The notes below the pieces were generated by a model that saw only the letters and a program-made list of their open reading frames with translations, had not been told where the DNA came from and did not search any database. Position numbers and translations under genes: made by a program. This document shows positions 1 through 14,900 of a DNA stretch of 64,000 nucleotides, piece after piece (position 1 is the stretch's first letter; each line of letters opens with the position of its first letter). The DNA comes from Paraspadella gotoi (lineage: Eukaryota; Animalia; Chaetognatha): NCBI GenBank assembly GCA_051294375.1, contig CM119265.1, positions 12,013,497-12,077,496 of the forward strand, in the 5' to 3' direction.

Positions 1-506
1 CTAATCGATTAACCAGAAAGAATTTACTATCACTCATTGCTTAAGGTCGAAATACAAAATTTAATCTGAAGAGACAGTAATTATTGATAAGTGTTAATGA
101 CAGAACCGTTCAATATAAGCAGTCCCTGAGCTTCGGATCAGGCTGTGACACCATGTTACAGGCGGGTTAAGCGCCCCGTCCCTCTTAACTGCCAGACGAC
201 CACCGGGCTATAACCCCGGACCTTTGGGTTGGGAGGCGAATGACTTGCCTCCGGCACCAATGGCCGCTGATGAACGGTTGGTGGATTTTAGGCCACCATA
301 AATCATTAATTGATTTCCGATTCCCTCTGACAATGACTTGCTATTATCACAAGATGGTCATTCAATTAAACCGATCACAAAACTTCTTGTACTTTATTTT
401 AAAGGGCATTTTCTTCGTCATTCGGACCTTCTCACCATTCCTCACCGACATTGCTTTTTCAAGGCTTCCCCCTTTCCCCGTTTTCCACCCTTTACTACCA
501 ACCATG

Positions 507-902
507 TCATCCTTTAATCCTCGAATCGTCTCTTCTTAAAAGAGACTCGACCGCGGATGCATGGCCTGAAGCGGCAGCATCGTGTAAGAGGTAGTAGGGT
601 GTCTTTATCGCCTCCAGCGAATGCTCCAGAGAAGGCTTTGACGTTATTGGGATATAATTTAAATCTCGTGATATCAATTGACAGTTTCGTTCTGAATATA
701 TTTTTATCATTTCAACATTATCCAACATTATCGTCACCCGATAAACTTCACCTGGCACAAATCGTATGAAGTGGCCGCATTCTCGACAATGATGTAGAAC
801 TCGCATTTCGACATCGCATCCGTTGCAAATGAAGCCTAAAAAACATCGCCTTCTTTTCTATTCTCTTGATCATATTATTAATCTACCCTGACTGGTGTCC
901 AT
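507..902 (-). CDS. Small spliced ORF with CxxC..CxxC motifs and one ankyrin-like repeat; possibly truncated or a pseudogene
   Basis: ATG at 902, GT-AG introns in phase: MDTSQG|FICNGCDVEMRVLHHCRECGHFIRFVP|ERNC..LLHDAAASGHASAVESLLRR; stop at 507-509. Confidence 0.45.
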
Positions 903-1389
903 CCTCGAGAGAAAACAAAATATTACGTATGAAGTAAACGTTTTATTCTAAACGAGTAAAAATAATAATACTGCATGTTAATAGAAATCTAATTAGCCCA
1001 ATATTATCAGTTTCAACTATTTGAAAACAAAATAGTAGTATCTCGTTTAACCAGTCTTTATGCTTGAGGTTGGCGAAATCGAGGGAAGAGAGATTCAGAG
1101 ATGAAGTCATGGATCAAAACGACGCTTTGGCAGTTTGACACCAACATTTTTATTCCGGCGTAACGTAGTGTTCGATAATTTCTATATTTTTCTATTCAAA
1201 AGGCTAATAAAAATAATAATTTGGTTATAACGTTAAAAACATGTATAATAAACGGCTTTAATAATGAATTAGTTATCTAGCGTGCTTTGGATACAATGGT
1301 GGTGGTCGTTTCGTAAAACTCTCTAATTAAAAAAAAAAACAATAACTATACGAAGCGCGTTTGGTGTCTTTGCGGAAAAAAAAAAGATT

Positions 1390-4300
1390 TCACAGTTGAG
1401 TAACGAAGAGATTGGGATGACTGATATGCATTTGGTGAAGGTATCGCTCTCTCGTCTCTCGCGTCATGGAGGGGTCGTTCTTGATTGAGAGATAGAGGCT
1501 GCGGAGAGCGTCCGTCGTTTCCGTCACCTGGGGAAGAAGTTGGATTTTTTTTTCAAATGGATGAAGTCAAACCATTTATTCTATTTAAATCACGATTCCC
1601 GAATCTCGATGGGTTTTAACCTTCTGCTCCTCGTAAGTCTCCTCTTCTATAGTTTTGCAGTACTGAACGGCGGATCGGCGGAAGCGCGCCGAGCGCCGTA
1701 GAGATGGATCCGCGCGTGAGGGTCGAAGGGAAATCATGTTCACCTGCAATTCGGGGATTAAAAATTTGAGGCTTTTGTGGCTATGCGACTTTTTGACATG
1801 CCGGATGCATAGTGCGGGATAACTGGTTATCCAATCTTATTAATCCGTTAATAACTGAGGTTAAAAAAACTCAAAAAGTTTCAACCAATACAGAAATATA
1901 TGTAAGACGTATATGTATGTGTAATGTATTGTAATGTAATGCATATAATTGAACTTCATACAGTTACTACATGTCTCGCAAATTATTGGGCAAACCAAAC
2001 TAAAGGAATACTTGGAAATTAAGTTTCACACCCAAAGAAAATACCTTTCTGCGTATCTGACGAAGAAAAAATTTAATATGAAAATTAAATTAAAAACAAC
2101 ATTATGAAGAAACAATGATGACGATGCCATATAAAACAAATCGCTACCTTTTCTTCGACTTCTTCTTTAATCTCTTGTGGAATTTCAGCAAGTTCTTTGG
2201 AATGACGCACGAGGTGACCTTTTTAATAAAAAAAACCCAATTGAAAAAAACCGCCCTTTTCTTTCATTTACGTACGTTCCTCCTTCCACCTTAGATTCAC
2301 CTAAAAATGATTTCCATTCGGGAATATGCGTCGCGTGCTTCTTGCCGAAAATCACGGGTGCGAACGTGTCCAGCACGTGCGTCGCGTTCGACTTTCCGAT
2401 CAGCAGGCGAACGGAGCTGTTGAACACTGGTCGTTGGGGAGGGGAAGAGATTGAAATTTATAATATAAAGTCTATGTCTAACTACTTTTCCAACATTTTC
2501 ACGGTCCATTACCTGCGACGTTCATAAACAGCAGCAGCCTCAGCAGCACGTTACGCCTCTCCGACGGGACGAGGAGTATGAGTAGGCGGGAGGCAAGGAG
2601 CGATTCGGCCTCACGCCCGAGACAGAGCAACTCGGAAATGGCCGCGTAGATGGGGTTGAGCGAAGGTGGGAGAAGGGCAGGAAGGGGACGCTGGGTGAAG
2701 TTTATACTGTTTAGGAATCAAATAAAAGCAACAAGGGTAAAAACCTTTCCCAAGACAAGAATCTTACCTTTTTCGCGGAGACTCCGGAGCAGGCTGCGGC
2801 GCTGTGGGAAAGAACGGCATCCGTCGTGGTCTGAAAGAGACGGATACAGCGCTCGTCGAGACTCTCCACGTCGAAGGCCACGTTGGTGAAGGATCCACCT
2901 CCGTTCTGGTGAGTGAAGTAGAAATTACATAACGATTCCTCCCAATACACAACGAGAAGCAGAATATTTACCTGCTTGTAATAATCCGGCGAAGGGGGCG
3001 GCAAAACTTCGAGCAGCGACGACGAAGCGACGAGCCAGCGATGATACACCGACTCGGACCCTTTAGCCTCTTCCTGTTTCGGGTGAGGAAAGAGAGAACC
3101 GGAACTGGTCCACCGAGTAAGGATCTCGTGCCGCTCCTCCTCATCCAACATGGGCGGCACGACGAGACCCTCGGAGACGGCGCTTGAATCACTGGCGCAG
3201 AGTTCGTCCACGGCGGAAATGACGTCGTCGAGGATGTTGAGGTCAACTTGGAGGGGAGGGGAGAGATGATATTCTTTCCCAAAACTAAAGATCGATTCGG
3301 CCCAACTCACCCAGAGAGAAGAGACGAGACAAGGCTGCTTCGCGAACGAGCTCCGCCTCGACGGCCGGCGTCACCAGCGCCAGCCCGTCGTCGTCGAGAG
3401 CGGACCCGGAAGAATTCTGGCGCAAGTCGTTTTGACTGAAGACGCGGCGCAGTCTGGAATAAGAGAATTGAATTGGGTTTCATTTCGCCAAAACGAAAAC
3501 TTTCATGCAGCCTTGCCTAGAGGGCGCCCGAAAATTATCCGTCGCAGATGAGTTTCCTCTGCCGAACGAGGACCGCAACCCAAAGGGGTTGTGGCCGCCG
3601 GCTTTATTGTTCTTTGGGTGGAGGGCCTTTGGATTGTTGCCGAAAAAATTGATGTTAACTCGGTTGGAATTGGATTCGTCCTCGACCGAATCGCCAGCGT
3701 CGAAAGCGGCGTCGCCGCGCAAACTCGAGCTGCTGAAAACGTGACGAGAAAATTTGGAGGCAGACGTGGAGACCCGCTGGAAGGAGTCCTGATTGAAAGA
3801 CGATTGACCAATTAAACGCACGAATAGTTTCCATTAAAGACGCCAAGATAACTTTTCAGAGGAGGATTTAGCCTGCCGTCCAATTCTCCTCTTCCTCTTC
3901 TTCTTCTTCTTTCCTCCTCCTGCCCCTCAGTATATTTTTGTCTAGCGATACATTTCTTCGTTTCTACTCTCGCGAAATATACCATTATTTTTCCCTCTAT
4001 TTCTCACGCCTTCAATACCCCACAAGTGACGCCTTCTTCGCGGCTCGATACCCTACTCCCCGTGGATTAAGTTTCCCGTGCAAACCCTCAGCAAAAAAAA
4101 CCGTGGAATTATCAAAAGAAACTATCTTTCTGCACTAACAACCAAAACAGAAACTCGGAAATCAACTAATTGGACAAATCTTCCTCCCAAAAAGAAAGGA
4201 TTTATTTTACAAAACCACTACAAAAAAACTGCATAATTTAGAAACAAAATCCTACTAATATTTATCACAAAATATCTTTCTCCTTTCTCTTTACTCTTCG

Positions 4301-7300
4301 TCAACCAAAACTTGGAATTTTCAAATCTAAACATCAAACTTTGAACCTAAAAGGCAGTGATTTCTATCGAGGAATTCAGCAAAAAAACCACTTTTGCAAT
4401 ATTGCTAGAATATTATCAACAGAATTGATTCAATTTGAACCCAAGACAAAGTGGGCTGGACTACGGATTAATTAAAATCATCTGCTGCTTTTTCTAATCA
4501 AGAATCGATATAATTTTTGCAACTTTAATAAAAAAAAAATTATGTCCATTTTTGTCCATTTTGACTTTGTCTTGAGATTTGAACGTCAAGATCATTGAAG
4601 AAAATTTTTACTCCGGATTTCGGGTACTTCTTATCTTCTTTATCACTGAGTGGGTTCATTTGCCGTTGGTCATCCATTGTTTGCCTATGAATTAATTTTA
4701 AAATTGACTAGTAAAAAAATTACATTTTTACATTTTATTACAATTTGTTAAACGAAAATACTCAAAATGTCCACAAATCTAATCAAATATTCCCTTTCAA
4801 CGGAGCTTCTGGTACCTAAAAATTAGGGCAAAAAATTTAATAGTTTTGCAGAAATTAAATTTTTAAGTCAACTTTTAATTTGTGAGGATTTGTGAGGTGG
4901 GTTTTATTTGAACTAAAACTCGGTTTTTGACTTATTTAATAGTTCTAATAGATGAGAAATATACTAAGGTTAACAAATTAAAAAAAACTGCATTCTTTTA
5001 ATGTAATGGAAAGCGTCAGTAATTTTTTTCCTCTCAATCGACAGGTTTTTGCGGAAAAAATTTCCGCAAAAATCTGTCGATTTTTTAAATCTGCAAGGCA
5101 ACCAAACTTTGAATAAAATAATACGCTACCCAAGATTTTTTTTCTTACAATACATTTTAATGATGTGAAAACTCAAGCTGGAAAAATCCAAGGAGAAACT
5201 TCATTTGCAAGAATCAACTCAAACAAGAATCAACACAAAAATCAAGCCTGCTCTTATCAGTCTCCGGTCAAGAAATGGGAAACAAAATCAAGAAATGAAA
5301 GAACTAGACCCTGGAAAGAATACATGATCCCTCAAACCTGCGCTGAAAAGATCTACATCCCCCCTCATCGACGTGTTCCTCAAGACCAAAGAAGGCAACC
5401 TGCTTTTGGACAACGCAAAAATACTTACCCTAAACTGATGGAAATAGACTTACGACCATGGTTGCGCCAGAAGTTTGCTGTATTTTTGGCCCAAACTTTA
5501 CCATTGCCCTTTTTTTAAGAATCAATATCAGTCATGGTGCAGTGGCATAACTTGTCAATGACTGTGACATAAATTAAAAATAAACTTTTAATCATTTAAA
5601 TAGCTTTGATAGAAATCCAATAGTTTTAGTTTGTGACTTCTCTCTCTTTTTTAGTTCTGTGTCTTTGTTTTTTTAGTCCAGAGGGAAGCATGACGATGTC
5701 ATGCCACGCCATTGGGGGCCTGGACATGACATCTTGGTCAAGAAGGGGGACGCAGAGGAGGATTTAGCCTGCCGTCCAATTCTCCTCTTCCTCTTTCCTC
5801 CTCCTGCCCCTCAGTATATTTTGTCTAGCGATACATTCTCTCGTTTCTACTCTTCGCGAAATATACCATTATTTTTCCCTCTATTTCTTCACGCCTTCAA
5901 TACCCCACAAGCTTTTCAACCTGAACGGATTTTAAGGGACCGAAAATCTCTTTGACCTCCTCGGGAACGGATCCTGTTGAGGCCGTGGAAAAGGCAGGGT
6001 TCACGACGCCGCCGACTTCCTGTTTCCGAGAAATTGACAAAAAGATGAAAAGAGTGCCAAATACGGAGACGCTGTTTTAACCCCACAGACCTTTGACGGC
6101 GACTGATTTGGCGTAACGTAACTCTCGGGATCGTCGTCGTCTGCCACGCCTCCATCGACGGCGCGAAGGTCGAGTCGTCCGATGTTGAGTAAATTTCCGT
6201 TGGAGGTTCTCTTTCGGATCACATTCGATCCTGGAAGCGGATTAATAAATCGATAGAGATTACTCGGCTGACCCCAACGAGCACTATGACCTTACCTCTC
6301 TTGTGTGGCGTCCCCGGATCGCTGGGGTGACGCATCCTGGCCTTTCTGGTTCTCATAGAGTTTCTCCTTCCTTCCAATTGACCGCCTTCGTCGTCATCGT
6401 CGAGGCGCTTGAGGCGGGTGTCGGCCAACGAAGTCGTCGTCTTCAACGTCGTATTTTTGTCGCAAAATACGAAGAATTTGGAGGCGTGGTCTTCGAAGAT
6501 AGGCTTCGTTTCGCGACTGCGAATGCTTCCGCTTTTTTTCACTGAAGAATGAGGATGTGAGAACATTTGTTTGCTTGAAAATTTATGATACCCGATATGA
6601 CGCAGAGACAGATCACGCTTAATTTGCTTCCCACCCTACTTATGATCATTTTTACTTCACTCGTCGCCATATTTGATTCATAATCTTTTAGCTATAGTTG
6701 TTGTTTGGTACTCGGAGACCTAAGCTACTGTTTCCATGAGTGTCAACCGCCCACAAAAAGGGCAATAGGGTCAGGAAAAGAAGAAATCTGACAAAAAGTC
6801 CAGAAAAATGCTTACAAAAAATTGTAGTAGCGTTAGTTAAGAGCCTTGGTTACTTTAAGAATATACATAATGAGCTTTAACAATAGATATTCATTATCTA
6901 CAGAAAAAGAGCAATATTTCAGACCCATTAAAAAATATTTTTTTATCTGGGAATAGTACAAAATATGCAAATGAGTTATGATACAAGAATTACAAAAGAA
7001 TTTTGTCTTTTTATCTATATTTGAACTTGTTCATTGTAATAGACCATCATCATCAACAGCAAAAATTTTCAAAAAGATTTTTCAAAAGAGCAATCTTTTG
7101 CCAATATGCATGATAAATTTGGCTGCTTAAAATGCTAGAATAATATGCTTAATTAATTTTTAATTATTGAAGAAGATAGAATAATTCAATTTTTAAAAAA
7201 AATATTTTTGTGTTCAGAATTTTAGATCTAGACTATGATCCAAAATTTTTTCATTTTGAAAAATATCAGATTCAAGGCATTTGATTTTAGAACAATCTGA

Positions 7301-8765
7301 TGTTTTTTGTTTTTTTATATCTTTATTTTTTATGCAAAACTAAAATTCTGAATGACCATTGGTCAAGTCGAATATATAAAGAAATAAAGCTTTGCTCAAA
7401 TTGAGAATATTAGATGTTTTATAATAACAAGTTTGAGCAAACAATGTCGGATCTGCCTACGTAATATTAATTAATTAATTAATTAATTAATCGATTAATT
7501 AATTAATTAATTTTAATATGTAATAATTAATTTTAAATTATATTCAACTTATCATCATCGATGTCCTTAAAATTGGGTTAGGACAGTTATTAAATATGTT
7601 TTGTTTGCATTTTATCAAAACAAACAAATATCCTCTATTTTATTTTATGTCTCCTTGTCTCTCTCACTCTCACTCTCTCTCTCTCTCTCTCTTTTTATGC
7701 AATTGCGACGATCTTTATGCTTTTAAAGTTTTTTTAACTTGCATCATTTTTTCACAAATTAATTAATTAATTAATTAACTAATTAATTAAAACATTTATT
7801 AGTAATCATTAATATTAAAGATTCAAGTATTGTGACTTATGTTTTTTCCATCTAAACTCATTTCCACTGGCACAATTCCGTCAAAACTTTATATAATTAT
7901 TATATATTAATAAATATTTAAAAGCTTCAGTGCAACAACCAATGAACTAAATCAAAAAGTTACATTGAAAATCGATTTAGTAGTAAAAGGAAAAAAAAAT
8001 TTTTAAAGAGAACTAGGAGTTAGAAAAAGTGTTCAATTTTGGCCCGCCTTACTAGATATTAGGCCGGAACAGGTTGAAAACTAGAAGTTCTCTCAAATAA
8101 ATAATGGTTAAGCGACTATTAAATAATATGAAAATGAAAATAATTTTTAAATTTTGCTTATCAATTTTTTTTATAGATTCTGATAGAGCTTTAAAAGTTA
8201 GATAAAGGTATTAATACAACTTTTTTTGGTTTTATTTTATGAAAAATTAAAAAAAATAAAATTCCGCCAATAATGATGATGATAATTTTTTAAGGTTTTT
8301 TTTTTTTAACTAATTTATTGTCAAAATTTGAAAGAATTATAGTACTAACTTTCATTTAACTTCTTAAGCTCTACAAGAACCCTGTTAAATTTTCCGTGTT
8401 TCAAGTTTCCCAAAAATCGTTGCTCTTTTTGCCTAAAACGTTTACTATATATCTAAGTGAAGAAACTTACCTTTGTGAGAGAAAGTAAGAATTATATTAG
8501 TAGTTCTCAAGCTTTACGAGCGTGAAGCAGGTTTGTTTTAATGTTTCTTTACTTGATTAATATTTAATATTAAGGTTTTTTATTAATTCGTTTATATTAT
8601 CTTTTTATAGCCAGCGTTCAATGCCGTTCCATGCGTTTCTATGTCGTTCAATGCCGTTCAATGCCTTTCAATGCCGTTCAATGCCGTTTGTATCTCAATT
8701 GCTTCTACATTTGGTTGATTAACAATGTAAATTACTTCGGACATTATTTCGGACTCTCTTTTCTT

Positions 8766-8806
<41 letters not shown>

Positions 8807-8890
8807 CAATTGCAACGATCCTTATGCTCATTTTCTGCTCCTCTTCTCTCTTTGCAATTGCGACGATCCATGCTCATTTTCTGCTCTCCT

Positions 8891-8921
<31 letters not shown>

Positions 8922-11900
8922 TAATAAAGATTCAAGTAAATGTAACTTATGTTTTTCCATTTAAACTCATTTCCACTGGCACAATTCCGTCAAAACTTTA
9001 TATCTAGCTTCTTCACACACTTTCCTACCCGCTCACAAAATTTCATCTCAATCTATATGGGTAAAATAAGTAAAAAGATTCAAGTAAATGTGACTCATAT
9101 TTTTTCATTTAAACTCATTTCCACTCGTACGTTTCCACCGAAACTTTATATCAAGCATCGTTACACATTTTTCTAACCCACACAAAAAATTTGAACTCAA
9201 TCTATCCATCCAATTATGATTAATTAAGTACTTATTGGTTAAAATAATTAAAAATATTTTAGTAAATGCGACTTATGTTTTTTTCCTCTTAAACTCACAC
9301 GATTCTCGAAACTTTATATCAGCTTTATCACACACTTTCCTACCCACACACAAAATTTCTTTCCAATCCAAGGTGGGACGGATGGACGGATTCATTGACT
9401 GATTAATTAATTATTTGATTAATTAATTAACTAATTGATTAATTAACTGATAATTATTTGATTTATTAATACATCCTGCATATACATTTAATATAAAAGG
9501 AAAAAGAATCATAATCAATTAGTGAAACAGGTTTTTTGTTTTTTTCCATTTAAACTCATTTCCACTCAAAAGATTCCATCGAAACTTGGTTTCCTGTTCA
9601 ATCACACACTTTTCTACTCACATACAAAATTCCAGGTCAATCGATAATTAAGTGGTAATAAGCTAACTTGTTCAACTTGCATAATTTAATCAACTTGAAT
9701 AATTTGGTCAACTGACATAATTTGGTCAACTGACATAATTTGTGCAACTGACATAATTTTCAACTGACATAATTTGGTCAACTGACATAGGCACGACATA
9801 ATTTGGTCAACTGACATAATTTGGTCAACTGACATAATTTGATCTCAATTAAGATAATTTGGTCAACCGGCATAATTTGGTCAACTGGCATAATTTTTAC
9901 AACTTGCCTAATTTGGTCAACTAGCATAATTTGGTCAACTGGCATATTTGGTCAACTGGCATGATTTGGTCAACAGGCATAATTTGGTCAACGCATAATT
10001 TGGTCAACTTGCAGAACTTGATCAACTTGCAGAATTTGGTCAACTGGCATAATTTGGTGAACTTTAAGAATTTGGTCAACTGGCATATTTTTGTCAATTG
10101 GCATAATTTGGTCAATCAATCAATCAATCAATCAGAGAGAGATAGAGAGAGAGAAACTTTCAAAAATTCAAATAATGTGTCTTTTGGTTTTCTAATTGAA
10201 CTCTTTTCCACTCGCACGATTCCATCGAAACTTTATATCCAGCTCAATCACACATTCCTACCATCATACAAAATTTCAAGTCAATTGCCCTATCCACTCA
10301 TGAGCAATTGGCGTTCAAATAGTGAAATATATTTTTTTGTTTTTTCCATTTAAACTAATTTCCACTCGCACGATTCCCTCGAAACTTCATATCCATCTCA
10401 ATCACATAGTTTCCTACCCACACACAAAATTTCATACCAATCCATCCATCCAATCACGAGTAATTGGAGTTTTTTTGCTAAGGTGGGACGGACGGACGGA
10501 CAGACAGACAGACGGACGACGGACGGACATCGTTTTTTTTGCATAATTTATCATAATTCGATGTTCTGACATGATATAAGTGTGTGCCCGACAATATTGA
10601 GGGGGCGGACCGACGGACCGACAAAGTGAATTATAGAGTCGGGATCTGCTGATAAGCGAACCGACTAAAAATGATAAAAGCTTAAAATAAAATAAAAATT
10701 AAAAAAAATATATTTGTATTTGTATATATTTAAAATTGTAATATGATAAACAAGCAGTGGGTCAAGCTTTGTTTTCCAGTTAAAAATAATGAAAAATGAT
10801 TATTTTATCACAGACAAAAAGGTAGACAACCAAACTGTTTATATTAAACTTAAAATCACTTTTAATTTATAATTTTACATATTTAAAATAACATTTTATC
10901 ATGCTACTATATGTATTTTTGCTTGTTTTTTACTAAAAAACTAAAAAATACATGCAAATTTATGGAGTAAAAAAGCTTTAATGGTAATCAAAATGTAATT
11001 CAGTCTTTCCTTTTTACAAGTCCGAAAGAAAAACAAAAAAATTCATATGCCTTCATTAAAAATTTTAACTCCGAAAACTGTTATACTTTTAACTAGGTTT
11101 TAAACAAATCCTGTCTTAACATTTTTGGATAAAATTTATAGAAACTAGTTCAGAAAGGTGCCCCATGATTACGGCTTTAATTTGATACCTCGCCCACCAT
11201 CCTATCTCTTTTCTTTCAAAAGTTATGCAAAAAAAAACCTTTTTTTATCATCGGAGAACTAAGGATTTGAACTACGCAGTACAAATCTTTGTTAAATAAA
11301 AATTTCAGCAAAGCAGGAGTATCTCAATTTATCCTATTGGTATAATACCTAAATTTCAAAATAAAAACTAAAGAAAAATTTTTTATCATCTAGAGACATA
11401 TCACTTTCAGTTGTACCCATCGTCTTACTCATTTATGGCTTATGGTTTAAGAATTCAGAGAAACAAAGTATTTAGTCCAAATTTCAACTTTTACGCTGTA
11501 TTTTACTGTATCATTCTTGCCGAATCATATTTTGCATGTATTTGTCCAGCATAACTGTCAGGAAGGGATGGCTTATTAGTACAAATGGTCAGACAGTAAA
11601 TTCAATGACCGATAATTTTTTTTTCGTGCACATGAAATTAAGCGTGATCTGTCTCTGCGTCATATGTCAATTGACCAAAAACGCTGAGTTTGAGACCCAT
11701 CACCCGGTTTATAGTAGCCATTGTTAAGAAGGTGCTGCCCGAGTTTGACGGCTTTGCTACGGTCGATTGCCTTATCCATTTCTTCCTTCTTTTCTGTTAG
11801 GTATTTTAAGAGAACATTCGTTGCATCTTGTCCTATGAGAAAGTAATATTAAAATTAAATAAATCATTAATCATCTCAAATTCAAAAATCACAGCTTAGG

Positions 11901-14900
11901 GTAATGCGGGGTAATTCGGAACACTTTTGGAAGTAATCAAATTTTTCGCAAAATAAATTTATTTTTAAATAAAAATTTTCTGGTGATATATCTAGGAAAG
12001 TGTCCCCACTACAGGATGATGTATTCATTTTTATCCTGCGGCCCCTTGGGGTAGCATTTTTTTTCCCCGTTTTACCCCACCCTGGGGTAAAACAGAACAC
12101 TTAATAAATTATGTATAATTTTTTATAATATTACCAAAAATAATAACTAAAACACTATTATTAAAAACAGAGCCTTTCATTTATGTTTTATGTATAAAAA
12201 ATTTGTGTATAGACTTTCGTTTTTTGTTGTTTTTGGGCATTAGGAGAAAAACATTTTTATTTGTTTTGACAACGAATTTTTATTGACAGTTTTTGGCAAA
12301 GTGTCTGCCAAAAACTGTCAATAAAAATTCGTTGTCAAAACAAATAAAATTGTTTTTCTCCTAATAGGGGTAGCAGCACTCAATGGGGTGAGTCAAAAAT
12401 TTAGAGCGAGTACATGCTGAAACGAATATTTAGACATTTTTAAGAATACTTTCAATGGACAAAAAATTTCTAATATGGCTCTTTACCCTAGTAATTAATT
12501 TTTATCGTCCCAATCGCTAAGCGTTTGCGACGATATTGTAACACTTTTGCGCATAAGTGGCGTAGGCGTCGTCGTCATCGTCGTTCCAAATTATAGATCG
12601 CCTTTTTTATGATTAAATTTGAGTTTATGAAGCTGAAAATTTATATACAGCTTCTCATCATCGATGTGCTTAAAATTGAGTCTGGACAGTTATTAAATAT
12701 GTTTTGTTTATGTTTTATCAAAACAAACAAATTTTCTCTCTTTTATTTTCATATTTCTTTCTCTCTATCTTTTTTCTTTTAATTACATGTCTCTCTCCCT
12801 CTCTCTTTTCCCTATTCACTGATTCATAATCATAGGGAAAAAAACGAGTCTGCAGCTGGCTCTGCAGGGGCTTATTCTTTTTCTCTATTTTCTCCTGCTG
12901 CTTTTGCTGCTGCCTTTTGAGTGCAGCTGGCTCTGCAGGGGTTCTCTCTTTTCTCCTGCTGCTTCTGCTGCTGCCATTTGATTTCTTTCTTTTTTCTCTC
13001 TTTCTCGCTGCGTTTTTATTTAAAAAAAAAATTGAAATAGGATTGAACTCGTAAAATTAGGCATCGCATTCGTGCATGTTATCATTTTGCTATCGCAACA
13101 TCGGATTTTTATTTCGTTTTGACAATAATTTTTTTAATTTTTAAATTTTTTAATTAATTTTTAATTTTTTTAAAATTTTGTTAAAATTTTTTTTAAAATT
13201 TTTTTTTTTAATTGACAATTGCAAAATAGAATTTTTCTTTCCTTTCTATTCTGTCTTTATTCTTTTCTTCTTTTTCTTTCTGTTTATAAATTATATTTCT
13301 TTTCTCAAATTTGATTTTTTTTAGTATCAAAATTTGTCGTCAATCCAGATTTTTCTTATGCGATTGCGACGATCCTATTGCTTTTAAGATTTTTTTAATA
13401 TTTATTTATAGATAGGAAAGGCAAAAATTTTTTTTTTAATTTTTAAATTTTAAGACCAGATTCAGATAGCTCATAAAAAGTTTTCTACACAAAGTATGAT
13501 TTTTTAAAAATATTTTTACGATAAGTGTGTCAAAAATAAGAAAAACTAAAAAATATCATCGTCATCTTTCGATGATTTTATTAGTTTTTTTATATTTTCA
13601 CTTAGAAAACGTAAGAATTTTTAAAAGCTGTAATTATATTTCTTGTTTAACTTTTTATGCTCTATCAGAATCCATTAAAAAATTTTAAGATTTTTAAAAA
13701 ATATTTTTTGCTTTATATAGTAATACCATCTTGGAAAATGAATAAGTCGCCAAATTTTAAAGTTAGTTAATTGTATATTAAAATTTAAATATAACAGAAA
13801 AAATGGGTATCAATATGTAGTGTGAACTCCCTTGCTCTTCACAACTTCATTTATTCTGTTCGGCATTGACTCATAGAGCGACTGCAGGTATTCCAAGGAG
13901 AGGTTATCCCAAACTTTTTTGATAAGTCGTTTCATGGCTTGCAGAGATGTTGGACGTTCGTTTCTCAGTCGATTTTTCATCTCTGACCACACACTTTTGA
14001 TCGGATTGAGATCCGGAGAGTTCCCAGGCCAGTCAGGTAGAAGTTTAACCCCATTTCGGCGATGCTACTCTCGTCTCCTTGGCTCGATGCAGAGGGGCGT
14101 TGTCTTCCATAAAAACTCCACCTCGGACAAATTCCTTTATCTTCGCTTCAAGAATTTCTCTGTATTTGGCGCCTTCAACGCGTCCCGAAATGAAGATTAA
14201 CTTTGACTTGGCACGAGAAGATATTGCACCGAACACCATGACCTTCGGTTGTTGCTTAACCGTCTGCAATATGCAATTAGGATGCAATGCTTCGCCGACT
14301 CCGCTTCACACTTCGAAGATTCAGTCTTAGCTGCTTAGATATGGAAGTATTCTTGATACCCGCTTTGTGCAATTCAATTATAAATGCACGTTGATCACTT
14401 GTAAAATGCCAACGTTGAGGCATAATAAAAAAATAGTGTAAAATAAAAAAAAAGAAGGAAAAAAATTATTAAAATCTGAAATACGCCAAAGAAAGCAAAT
14501 TTTTTTCAATCTCCTTCCTTTTCTTTCCTCTGCCCTGATGGCAATTTTTATCATAATCTAACATAAATCGGCTCCATTTGATCGAAAATCGCAAAGCTTT
14601 CTGGAAATATAATTTTCTTCTTTCAATTATGTTAGGAAGGTGTTTAAAAATGATCGAGAAGTTTGGCGACTTATTCATTTTCCAAGATGGTATAATATTT
14701 TTAATTAGGCGAGCAACCTCAGAAGAAAGCATTATTGACAAAAAATATTTTAATACCATAATCTATGGTCATGATAGATTATTTTGACGCTGTATACATT
14801 AGCATTTAAATTTCATCGCCTATGGCTACTCCTAATTAGAGTTTCGTTAACCGTTAATTTTTCAGGAAATTCGCTTAACCTTTAAAACTAACATTTTTAA

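Noticed and set aside
45-75. Possible hammerhead (GTC-GAAA...CTGAAGA-GAC)
   Set aside because: Only 13 nt lie between the core halves, with no workable helices I and III.
5165-5518. 117-aa ORF inside the LTR-like element
   Set aside because: Non-ATG start and no gag/pol motif recognised.
9700-10113. CRISPR-like regular repeats and the repetitive ORFs 9921-10115 and 9931-10353
   Set aside because: Head-to-tail minisatellite without unique spacers or cas genes, in a eukaryotic intron; the ORFs are repeat artefacts.
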